Source: Octopus sinensis (lineage: Eukaryota). From it: DNA of 64,000 nt. Location: NCBI RefSeq assembly GCF_006345805.1, contig NC_043004.1, positions 92,752,001-92,816,000 on the forward strand, written 5' to 3'. Below, one piece after another: positions 25,799-38,525 of the stretch. Numbering within the stretch: the stretch's first letter is position 1; each line of letters begins with the position of its first letter. Under the pieces are notes generated by a model. It had not been told where the DNA came from. It saw nothing but the letters and a program-made list of their open reading frames with translations, and did no database searches. A program made the translations under genes and the position numbers.

Positions 25799-26195
25799 CT
25801 AATGTAGGATAAAAAAATTTTCAGGAAAAAAATTTTATCAATGGCCAGCATATCAAAAAATACCTTTAAAGGTCAAATTTACAAATAATTTACAAAATAA
25901 GGGCAAAAGAAAAATTCTATTGCCAAATATTAAAAAAAAATGACGAAATTATCAATAACCATTATAATTTATGCGTCTCGAAACAAACCGATAGAAATCT
26001 CTAAAAAATTCATTATTACCGTATTGGTCCCAATTTCGGGGTTAATTCATAAGAATTTTCCCTCTTCAGCGATAAATACATGAGATATAAATGAAATACT
26101 TACTCAAACCCATGGAAAAAGCAAGCACTAAGTCCTGTAAATTATTTATATATATATATATATATATGTATGTATGCATACACACACACACACAC

Positions 26196-26235
<40 letters not shown>

Positions 26236-28012
26236 TTATGAATAATGAGTGTGTGTGTGTAAAGGTGAAACTAAATCATTTATTTGTTCTCTAATTGCAA
26301 CCCAGATTACATTTATTGACTGTGGTGCTCCTGCCAGAATTGAAGACATATTGAAGAGACTAATGGCAATTGGAATTGGTCAGAAACTCAGAAATTCTTC
26401 CATCAGGTCAGTACAAATTAAGCACTTCATTGACCTTTCTGAAATTTCATTAAGTTTGTCATCTAAAGCAATCCTAAGTTTTGACTAACATGGATCAGAT
26501 AGAAATATTTAGTTTATCCAGCCAGTCACTCCCCTCTTGAGGTTATAAACTGAAAATTGTGATAGAACTTGGATAGACATTTTCTTAATTCATGTACCAC
26601 ATAGTTGGCTATATAATTTCCCTAGTTTCTTGATATCCAAACTGACTTCTGTACATGAGCTGTTCTGGGTATTGATTGATATATAAGCAGTCTGGCTGAG
26701 AGTGTGTGTAGGGTTCAAAGTATTTTGAAGCTGATAAGAAATGAGCAACTTGTTTGGACGTTCTTTTTGGGGGTTTTAACCTTCAAACCCCCATATTATT
26801 TTAGTGCAAGTTTAGAAAAATTTTCTGATATAAATTAATATTTCTGTATGTATATATATCCATACTCTACTGAAAAAGTGTTAAAACCAGTCCCCCTATT
26901 GGTGAGAATTAACCTGCAAGAGTTCTGGGTTGATGCCACATAAAAAGCACTCATGGCAGTGTCATGAAAAGCACCCATGCAGCACCACTTAAAAGCACCT
27001 GTGCAGTTCCATGTAAAAGTGTCCATGTGGTGCCACGTAAAAGCACCCAGCACATTCTGTTAAGTGGTTGACATTAGGAAGGGCATCCGACCATAGAAAC
27101 CATGCCAAATCAGACTGGAGTCTGATGCAGTTCCCCAGCTTGCCAACTCTGGTCAGACCATCCAACTCATGCCAGCATAGACAACAGATGTTAAATGATG
27201 ATATATATACATATATATGTGTGTATATGTGTATCCCTGTATCATTGTATTATCCAGAGTATCAAATGTTATACACAATGAACTTCCTCACATTATTATA
27301 GCATTCAAATGATACCTCCCTGCTGGCCAGGCCAGATGGGTAGACTTATGGCATATAAGTTACCAAGAGGACAATATACCCACTAAACAGGATGCCAGTC
27401 CATCACAAGCTTATTCATTTACAGCTGAGTGGACTGGAGTAACAAGAAATAAAGTGCACACACATACACACATAAAAATATGCACACATGCACATTTATA
27501 CACACTTAGATCCCAAATTTACTACACTAATAAAAAAAAAAGCTCCCAGTCTTGCTCCTGTCAAACTGTCCTGGCCAGCTCCTGTCAAACCCATGCCAGC
27601 ATGGAAGGAGGGCATTAGACAATGATGATGAATAAGTATGTCATCTACTGCCCTGTTTCACTTCCATATATTGTTTTAATGTTTTGGCCTTTTACACTCT
27701 GTGTTCAAATTGTGTTGAGATCCATTTTGCATTTCATCCTTCTAGGGATTGATGAAATAGGTACCACTTAATTTGAGGGTTCATATAATCAACTGTTTTC
27801 CCTACAAATTTGTGGCTAGTACTTCTCTTAGAAACCACTTCCATATAGGTGCAGGAGTGGCTGTGTGGTAAGTAGCTTGCTAACCAACCACATGGTTCCG
27901 GGTTCAGTCCCACTACGTGGCATCTTGGGCAAGTGTCTTCTGCTATAGCCCTGGGCCGACCAATGCCTTGTGAGTGGATTTGGTAGACGGAAACTGAAAG
28001 AAGCCTGTCATA

Positions 28013-28055
<43 letters not shown>

Positions 28056-30888
28056 GTGTCTGTGTTTGTCCCCCTAGCATTGCTTGACAACCGATGCTGG
28101 TGCGTTTACGTCCCCGTCACTTAGCGGTTCGGCAAAAGAGACCGATAGAATAAGTACTGGGCTTACAAAGAATAAGTCCCGGGGACGATTTGCTCGACTA
28201 AATGCGGTGCTCCAGCATGACCTCTGTCAAATGACTGAAACAAGTAAAAGAGTATAGATATATGGATTGCTTCTTCACCTAACACAAGATCCAAATCTCA
28301 GCATACTATTTATACTTACTCCATCAATCCTAAGATGATCTGGAATTAAACTTGATCAAATGTTTTCATTTATTCATTTTATTCCATATTGTTGTTTATA
28401 TATCATCATTTGACAGTAAATCTACCTAGTATGATACTTGTCTTTATTTTCACTACTTCTATCATCTCAACAAATTTTTCTATAGATTTATTCTCTACAT
28501 TTTACCTGTTACTTTCCTTTAAACTTTTGGGGGTTTTTTCTCTACATATTCTTTTCTACAATATTTTCTACTGTTTACACTGTGTTCCTATATTAATTAC
28601 TAGCAGTATCGCCCAGCGTTGCTCGGGTTTGTAAGAGAAATAACTATATAAGCATTTTTAGAGATGTAAAGTATAATAGCCATCTCAATATGGCTAACCA
28701 CAAAGGCGGGTGTTACTGTAGCTTTTTACGTTCTGAGATTTAATAATACATGTTTAGAGAGTTACTTCCCTTATATAATAGCAAAAAAATGCATTAATAA
28801 TGGGAAAAAATTGTGGTAAATTTTTTTTTTACTCGTGGACTCATCGTGGACGCGCGCTAATACCCAGAAGGGCTCGATATGAATCACGACTATAAGATAC
28901 CGGCTTTTGGTTACACTGCACCGCAAAATGTGGGAGTAGTTAGGAATCTAAATCGTAGGAGACAGACATGCAACTTCACTTTTATATATAAAGATATATC
29001 AGTATTTCATAACAAATCCATCCTGCATCATATTTATTCTTATTTTCTCTATTTTTCCTCTTCAAAATTTTACATTTATTTTTCTTTACATTTTTCTATT
29101 TTTCATCTATATTTTTCTAGTATTTTTTCTCTACAAATATTTTGTACTACTTTTCTTTCTTTTTCAATGTTTTTTCTCTCTACATTTTTGTTAAATATTA
29201 TTTTTTCTCTACATCCTACCAAGTGTTTTTCCAGCATCAATGCATGTTGAGACTTTTGACCAAAAAAATTCTGAAGAAAACAGTAACAGGTATGTAGATT
29301 TTATCACATTATCACTGATTTTCTTATTCTCCATTTTCTTTCATTCCTTTTTTTTCATTATTGTTGTATTTTTATTTATGCACCTTTTTGAAGCCTAGCC
29401 AGGCTCATGGGCCCATTTTCCCGATTTCTATGGCGTATGTGTTCCCCCCCAAGCTGGACGGGATGCCAGTCCATCGCAGTATTACTCAAGAAACAAGAAG
29501 AAAGAGTGAGAGAAGTCGGAGACAAGAAACAGGAAGAAAGAGTGAGAGAAAGTTGGGGCAAAAGATTACAACAAGGGTTGCCACCACCCCCCTGCCGGAG
29601 CCTCGTGGAGCTTTGGGTGTTTTCGCTCACCCAGCTGGATGGGACGCCAGTCCATCGCAGCATTACTCAAGAAACAAGAAGAAAGAGTGAGAGAAAGTTG
29701 GGGCAAAAGATTACAACAGGGGTTGCCACCACCCTCTGCCGGAGCCTCATGGAGCTTTGGGTGTTTTCGCTCACGCAGCTGGATGGGACGCCAGTCCATC
29801 GCAGCATTGCTCAAGAAACAAGAAGAAAGAGTGAGAGAAAGTTGGGGCGAAAGATTACAACAGGGGTTGCCACCACCCCCTGCCGGAACATCATGGAGCT
29901 TTGGGTGTTTTCACTCAATAAACACACACACAACGCCTGGTCTGGAATCGAAACCACGATCGTCCGATTGCGAGTCCGCTGCCCTAACCACTGGGCCATT
30001 GCGCCTTCACATTATTGTCTTACCTTTTGTTTTATTTGTATTTTTTCACCTTTTCTTATTTCATTTATTTCATCTAAGTTAGTTGTCTGGAAACCAAAAC
30101 ATGCATGGCTAGGAAGAGGAACAGGAGAAAGCTGTTCTTTTATCTCTTCTTTTTTAATTGCTTTGTTCAGGAGGAAAACACTCTACCCTTGGCCTTTGTA
30201 GGCCCTCTAAGACTGGGTTCTTAGTAGAGAAGACTCAGCAAAGTGTTTCGTTCTGTTCTGAGATGTGGGACACAGTAAGGATGACATGAAAGAGAGGAGA
30301 GATAGTTCTAGCAGTTGGGCCTGGGTGGAACTTACTGGTTCAGTGGAGCAGAGGCTGGTGTAGTAGCAGTGCAACAGACTGTAAGAATAAACATTTTACA
30401 TGTGTGCTAGTAGTTGTAATGTATTAGTGAGGGATTTTTTTTGACAATTAGCTGAATGAACTTCTTTTGGATGTTGTCAGGGATGTTAGTGTGTGTAGCA
30501 GCAGCAGCACCATTCCATATATGTGATAAAAAGTCTAATGTAATCAACTATATTCCTTGTCTGAATCCGAGTAATCTTGAATGCGCTTGAAGTAGTCAAA
30601 AAGGTCTCACTTTCAAACTACTGAATATGCATCACCATTATCATCATCATTGTCATCATCATCGTCATCATTATTATTAAGGCAGCAAGCTGGCTGAATC
30701 GTTAGAATGCCAGGTGAAATGCTTAGTGGTATTTCACCTGTCTTTACATTCTGAGTTCAAATTCCACCAAAATCGACTTTGATTTCATCCTTTTGGGGTC
30801 GATAAATTAAATATCAGTTGTGTACTGGGGTCCATCTAATTGGCTGCCCCCCTCCCCCCAAAATTTCAGGCCTATAGTAGAAAGGATA

Positions 30889-30921
<33 letters not shown>

Positions 30922-31256
30922 GAGTGAGATAGCAGTGCATGCCATCAAAGTGACACTGAGGTATAAATATACAAAGCCCAATATAACCATCATGGCTACC
31001 CGTCTGATAAGGGTACACCAGGAACATTCCTCACAAACATGTGCATGACATGGTGATCTCTTATCAAGATAAACAGCACATGACCTTGCAGGTGGGGCCC
31101 AGTTAGAATTTTCTTTGGGTCAAGTACCTCATCCAGCTCAAAAGGTTGTTGAACAAAATTTCCATATTTTCAGAGATAAATTATTCAAACTCCAAAGAAT
31201 TCCTCTCAACACATGGCTATGATGTTCCTCAACAACTTCTGCTACTTATTATTATA

Positions 31257-31300
<44 letters not shown>

Positions 31301-31633
31301 CCTCCATCATTGTCATCATCATCATCATCATCATTTAATGTCCATTTTCCATGCTTTCATTGTTGTTTTTGTTGCAGTATAAATAAAGAAAATGAAGGCA
31401 AGTTCAAGAAATCTGTGAAGTCCCGTCTTGTTGTGGCACAGGTCAGTCCTTACATTATTTTGTTATTATTATAAAATGTGGGGCGCGGGGGGGGGGGGTC
31501 AATAAAGACAATATTACTGATTCCACTGCTAAACTGGTATTTATTTTTATTAAAACTAAAAGAATGAAAGGTTTATCATCCCTTTCTAGAAGTGATAAAA
31601 TAAAGTGCCACTGTTTAAAGTACTGGGTTCATG

Positions 31634-31679
<46 letters not shown>

Positions 31680-34656
31680 AATTATTGTATACAGTGCTCA
31701 GGTGCACCACAACTTGTCAGAAAGTGCATATAAAGCACATGCAGTAATGTAGAAATGTCTGGAAAGCAAACAATGTATGAGTCAGATACATGCTTGCATG
31801 TGTATGGAGGGGAGAAAATCAGGTGTAGTGTTGGCGAATCTCAGGAAGCATGGAAGTTTTGAAGGATGCAGTGCTCCGACAACTAACAACTGATGCCGGC
31901 AGTTTGTTCCATGCTTCAGCAACTCTCAGTGTGAAAAAATGTTTCCTGAAGTCATGGGAGCTGTGCTGTTTTCTGACTTTGTAAATATGTCCACGGGTGT
32001 TAGATGGGTGGAGTTTGAAAAGGTGCTCAGAGTTATTGTTTGTACGATGGTTGATAATCATTTATATTCCTCCCCAAATTTGAAACCTTGTACTGAATTT
32101 CAAATAGCTGACAGAATCTTAATTATTCATGGTTTGAGGAATGCCTCAAGAGTTGCCTTTCTTCAAAAAGAATTAGGCACACATTGAAAAACACATACAT
32201 AAATGTTCGACATTAATAAATGCTGTGTGAGAATACCATTACAAAATTTACAAGCTCTAGTATTGCTATTTTCTGGTACATGCCTTATAAGTAATTTTTC
32301 AACCTTTATGTATTATTATCTTTGTATCACTTACAAATGAGATGATAAATGCATTCTATAATTATTGTCATGATGTTTTTAGTTCTGAAGTAATTTTCAA
32401 AGTCTTTACAGAAGTATTTATGCATTATTTTAGTTATATCAATCAGAAATGGGATGGTAGATACATTCCTTACTTATTGCCTTGCTGTTTTTAATTCAGT
32501 TGTAGGTCAGTGTAATTACTTAGTACTTTTCAGATCATTTTTTGCAAGTCATGGTCTGCTGTGTCGATTATTAATAATACTATTGTCATTTTTGTCATAG
32601 AAAATGATGTCAGTCTTAATATGTTCCATTTGGTGGTATTTCTGCAAGGCGGCGAGCTGGCAGAAACGTTAGCACGCTGGGCGAAATGTTTAGCGGTATT
32701 TCGTATGCCGCTACGTTCTGAGTTCAAATTCCGCCGAGGTTGACTTTGCCTTTCATCCTTTCGGGGTCGATAAATTAAGTACCAGTTACGCACTGGGGTC
32801 CATGTAATCGACTTAATCCGTTTGTTTGTCCCCTCTGTGTTTAGCCCCTTGTGGGTAGTAAAGAAATAGGTATTTCTGCAAAAATACATTTATACTGTCA
32901 TTTTCTAAGACTAATCCAAGTTCATTTGATTATCACATAACTTTTTTTCTAGAAGATGATAAAACTGGATGAGCAGATATATATGTAGAGTAGCTTTACT
33001 ACATTGCATCTGCAAAAGTATTTTATGTGTATTTGTGTAGAATATCCTGATACAACATGGTGTGTTGTTTCTGAAAATTTCCTCATAAAATGTGGTGTAT
33101 TTTCCACAAATGATATCTGTCACTTCTTTTGTTGGAATTGTAGATATTCCTTCTAACATATCTCATTGTGATGGCCTGTCTTTGTATGGTGGCATCTGAT
33201 TTTTCTGCTACCGACATCCCACCAGGACTTGTTAACACAAGCCAAGGATAGGTTTTTTTTTTTTTTTTTCTTCTTTTACTTTTATATGTGGAGTATTCAG
33301 TCCAGAAATTTATTAGCCATACAAAGACATGCTTTATAATTGTTCATCAAGATTGTCTTATGTACTGTCAATGTGTCCAATTTTTCCTGCTGCCTTAGGT
33401 TTTGATTTTAGCAGTCCGAAATCTAATTCAGTTTCATGAGAGAATTTTGTTGTGATAATCATAGTCACCAAGGGCATATAGCAGCAGCAGCCTGTCTTAT
33501 TAGGCAGCAAGATGGTAAAAACAATTAATACCTGTCTTCTTAATCTATTCCTTGACACTCAGTAGTCTCCCACAATCTCTTTTTAGGATATAAAATCACT
33601 GGATGTTGTATTATTATGTAGCATATAACAAGGCGGCGAGCTGGCAGAAACGTTAGCACGCCGGGCGAAATGCATAGCCGTATTTCGTCTGCCGTTACGT
33701 TCTGAGTTCAAATTCCACCGAGGTCGACTTTACCTTTCATCCTTTCGGGGTTGATAAATTAAGTACCAGTTACGCACTGGGGTTGATGTAATCGTCTTAA
33801 TCCGTTTGTCTGTCCTTGTTTGTCCCCTCTATATTTAGCCCCTTGTGGGTAGTAAAAAAAAAAAAAATAAATAAATTTAAAAAAATATGTAGCATATAAC
33901 TTATGACTTATTATGGTGTATATAATGTTTTCTTCTAAAATTCTTAGTGTTATAGTCTATATGATGTAGAATTGCCATTTACTGCTATTGCAAATGTGTT
34001 AATGACACAAATTATATTTTATTAATCCTTTTAAAACAATTTTTATTTTATTTTGACGAACAAAATAATCATTTTTCATTTGCATTCACAAATCTTTCAC
34101 TCACAGTTTTACTCATCAATACCCATGTATTAATATGGATCAGAGATGTCCAGTTTCTTTCCCTTCCATGGAATCATCATCATCATCATCATCATTTAAC
34201 GTCTGCTTTCCATGCTAGCATGGGTTGGACGGTTCAACTGGGGTCTGGGGAGCCCGAAAGCTGCACCAGTCCAGTCAGATCTGGCAGTGTTTCTACAGCT
34301 GGATGCCCTTCCTAACGCCAACCACTCCGAGAGTGTAGTGGGTGATTTTATGTGCCACCGACACAGGTGCCAGACGAGGCTGGCAAACGGCCACGCTCGG
34401 ATGGTGTTTTTTATGTGCCACCGACACAGGTGCCAGACGAGGCTGGCAGACGGCCACGCTCGGATGGTGTTTTTATGTGCCACCGACACAGGTGCCAGAT
34501 GAGGCTGGCAAACGGCCACGATCGGATGGTGTTTGTTACGTGCCCACAGCACAGAGGCCAGTCGATGCGGTACTGGCTACGGCCATGTTTGGATGGTTTT
34601 CTTGTGTGCCACGTGCCACCGGCACTGGTACCACAAAGATACAAATTCCATTGATG

Positions 34657-34726
<70 letters not shown>

Positions 34727-34880
34727 CAATTCATGGAACACAGAGTTGAAACTCCTTTTATACATATATATATAAGGAACTTCCACTCTCTGATATATAT
34801 ATATATATATACATACATATATATATCAGAGAGCAGAAATTCCTTATATATATATATATAAAAGGAATTTCAACTCTCTG

Positions 34881-34953
<73 letters not shown>

Positions 34954-37354
34954 AGCAGAAACTCCTTATATACACATATAAAAGGAACTTCAACCCCGTG
35001 TTCCATGAATTAGCAAAATATATTTAGCTTGTCCAACAGTTCATACTTGGCGAATTAAGAAAATCCCACCTGATTCCAGTATAAATGAATGTAGAATTCA
35101 ATGTCAATCATTCTACTTTCAGTTAGATTGAGGTAAAACTCATTCTGAAGAACGCTGAAGTTTATGTAATCATATGGATGAGAGTTCTAATTCAGTACAT
35201 CCCATATGCTTTCTTCGGAAAACTAATGACCTACTTGTCAGCAAATCTTGATCTCCATCCACAACATACAAGAAGACCAAACAATTTGAAAGTCTCAACA
35301 ACAGCTACCGGATATTGATAAAGCTGATTACAACATTTTCTTTCCATGCTGACATTTTAGGATGTGTCTAAATTGTTTCCTCTTTCTTCAATTCTCTCCC
35401 ACCACCACCACCACCACTACCACTACCACCGCCGCCTCATGTAATATTCAATGTCTCACCATTTCTCATCACTTTATTCCAATTCTGTCTTCACCATCTG
35501 ATTCTTCATCCAAGATAATAAGTAGTTCTATACTAAAACTTGTGTCAATCTTCTGCCTCAACGTATAGAAACAACACCTGTTAATACCTAACTGCTTCTT
35601 CAGGTTATCGGCACCTAGTATCTGTAATTAGCATTGGAAAACCTCTTTCATTTACTCAGTTACAATGTCAATTACACACCAAAAACTTTATATAGTCTAA
35701 AAGTAATAGTCTCAACATAAATACAGTGAAGTTTGTGAATTTGTATAAGTTATGGTCAAAAGGTCATTCAAAAAACATCAATGTTGTCTTTCCTGTGTGA
35801 TATCTTTATCATTTACATGTTTCAGTCATTACACTGCAGCCATTCTGGGGCACCACCTTGAAGAATTTATTGACCCCAGTACTTATTTTTTATATTTTGT
35901 TTTGTAAAGCCAGGTACTTATTCTATTGGGGTCAGTTGTCAGGTGGTGGTGGGTAACAAAGACACACACACACACACACACACTTATAGACCCTTAGTAT
36001 CTGTAATTAGCATTGGAAAATCTCTTTCACTTACTCAGTTACAATGTCAGTTACACACCAAAAACTTTATATAGTCTAAAAGTAATACAGTCACAACATA
36101 AATACGGTGAAGTTTGTGAATTTGTATAAGTTACAGACAAAAGGTGAAGATTGTTTTTGTGTGGAGGAATAATTAATTCTAATTCAAATTTATTCTTTCT
36201 GTACAGCCTAGTACTAAATGATTTATGGCCCTGTACCGGCCTGTGACCCTGTGGTAGGAGATCACTAACGTAAGACTTATGATTCCACCAATCTACTGTC
36301 ATAAACTACCCGCATGGTTCTTGGTCTCAAGCATTTGTCTTATGAAGAAAGGCTGAAGATGCTCGACCTTTATTCTCTAAAAAAAAACGCAGCCACCGTG
36401 GTGATCTCATTCTTGCTCACAACATCATAAGTGGAAAGTGTAACTTCTCGAAAGAGCTGTTCTTCACTCCTGCTCCAGAGCATCGGCTGCGGGGTCACTC
36501 CAAAAAGCTCTATCTGCGACGATTTCATCTCAATCGAAGGAGAGGGGCTTTCTCCATCCAGGTTGCGGATCTGTGGAATAAGCTGCCGGACGAGATAGTG
36601 AAGATGCCGACGACCGCTCGGTTCAAAGTCTCCCTTGACCACAAGTGGCCTGAACTCTTTACATGAACACTACCCTGTACATAACTCCATGTCCCCCTAC
36701 ATGGCCTTGCGTTTTGCTTTTTGAGCCAAAAAATTAACTAACTAACTAACTAACTGAGAAAAGACGAAAGAGTGAAGATGTTCTAGGTAGGATTTGAACT
36801 CAGAGCATAAAGCATCAGAACAAACAGTGTGAGGCATTCTATACAAAACATTTAACAATTGCCAATTCACTGCCTTCTAACATAAATACAATCTAACATA
36901 ACAGAATGTATAATTCTAAGGGCAATATACAGTATAATAGGAAGTCAGTAGTAATACTATCACTAGATATGCTGGAGGTGTGAGTGTATTTTCAATAAAC
37001 TGATAGTGAATCAATATGCGCAGATTTAATTAATACAGGTGTGAATGTCTGGGTAGATGATGTGAAGAACCTAGCAGAATAACTTGCTGAAGGCATAAAT
37101 TTATTTAAAGGAGAAGTGCTGTGGGTGAGTTAAAAATAACAAAACAACTTGAGGCTTACATTGTCTAATATGTTTAATGAAATAGAATGGTGCGTATGTG
37201 TCATAACAATGGAGTTGTGTGTGCATATGATAAAATGGGTGATGAGAATATGATAATGGAGAATGGAGATGTGCACATATGGAATAAAATGAAGTGGTAT
37301 GTATAGGTATACAATAAAATAAGGAGTGTGTGTGTTAATATCTATCTATGTATG

Positions 37355-37410
<56 letters not shown>

Positions 37411-38162
37411 CTCTCTCTCTATATATATATATATCAGAGAGAGGGGGGATACATATCTATGGATACCTACATGCATGCATAGAGATAATGCATATTCATA
37501 CATGGCTATAATAAAATGGTATATGTGTATGACATAATGAGCTGAACTACATTATATTTCTAACTTAACAATCTGCCTTGTCGTAATGTCACCTTTATGC
37601 ATTTTTCCTGTCCAAGGAACATTTTAAAGCATTTAATAAACTACTTAGACAATAATGAAGAGACTCTCAAGCTGAAGGCCATTTGCAGTATATAATTTTA
37701 GGTTATTTTTGAAAATGTTATGGTAGTTGAGCTTGGTGCTCCCTCTTCCTATGTATTCCCTCAAATTGACTATTTTTAACACCAACCCAGTAGCAATAAG
37801 TGTAGAATGAATCATACAATTACTTTAGAATCATTGTGAATCTGGAGCTTACAATCAAAATTTTTTCTCGAGATGGTAAGAACACTTTTTCATTTATCTT
37901 TTAAAGAAGTTCATCATGTTATGAAATTTGTGTACCTCTTACATTTTCATGTATCTGTCACATGATATTGAATCAATTGCATTCTTGTTTATCAATCAAA
38001 GCACATGACTGGTTCATTTTTTAATATTTTTGCATCATCAAGAGACTGGGGTTTTTTTTCCTGTTTTTTTTTTAGTTAGAAACCTTAGATATTCTAATAA
38101 ATCTGCCTCAAGTATTCCCTGGTATTTAGACCCAAATTCAGGCTTAATTGCATTCATATTAA

Positions 38163-38207
<45 letters not shown>

Positions 38208-38464
38208 CTTCAAAACTTTTATTCTCTTCCAGGTGGTAGATTCCGTCCGTGCCGGTGCTGTTTTTACATTTGACTATTGTATGCTCATAATTTTAGCAAG
38301 GTTAGTATATAAATACACTTGAGTCACTAGTTATGTAAATCCTTATAGATCCTCAACTGATTTCTAAGTAGAATATCTGTGATCAGGACATATATGTACA
38401 ACAAAGAAAAACTATGGTTATATACGTACACACACACATACACAGACACACACACACACCACAC

Positions 38465-38525
<61 letters not shown>

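Noticed and set aside
25466-25851. Multiple overlapping YIYI/IYIY ORFs (also near 34400-35000, 37326-37537 and 38327-38524)
   Set aside because: Translations of (TA)n, (TATC)n and (CA)n microsatellites.
29371-29915. Repeat-spacer-like periodicity suggesting a CRISPR array (also 34351-34600 and 5588-6165)
   Set aside because: Whole units repeat with no unique spacers, no cas genes, and eukaryotic SINE/LINE context.
29407-30201. 264-aa ORF, the longest in the track
   Set aside because: It is a read-through of the 144-bp triplication inside a SINE; repetitive translation, no splice context or domain.
32900-33560. Several 60-80 aa minus-strand ORFs with protein-like composition (also 35030-35350)
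   Set aside because: No recognisable motif, no consistent splice chain, stops in all frames; possibly old TE debris.
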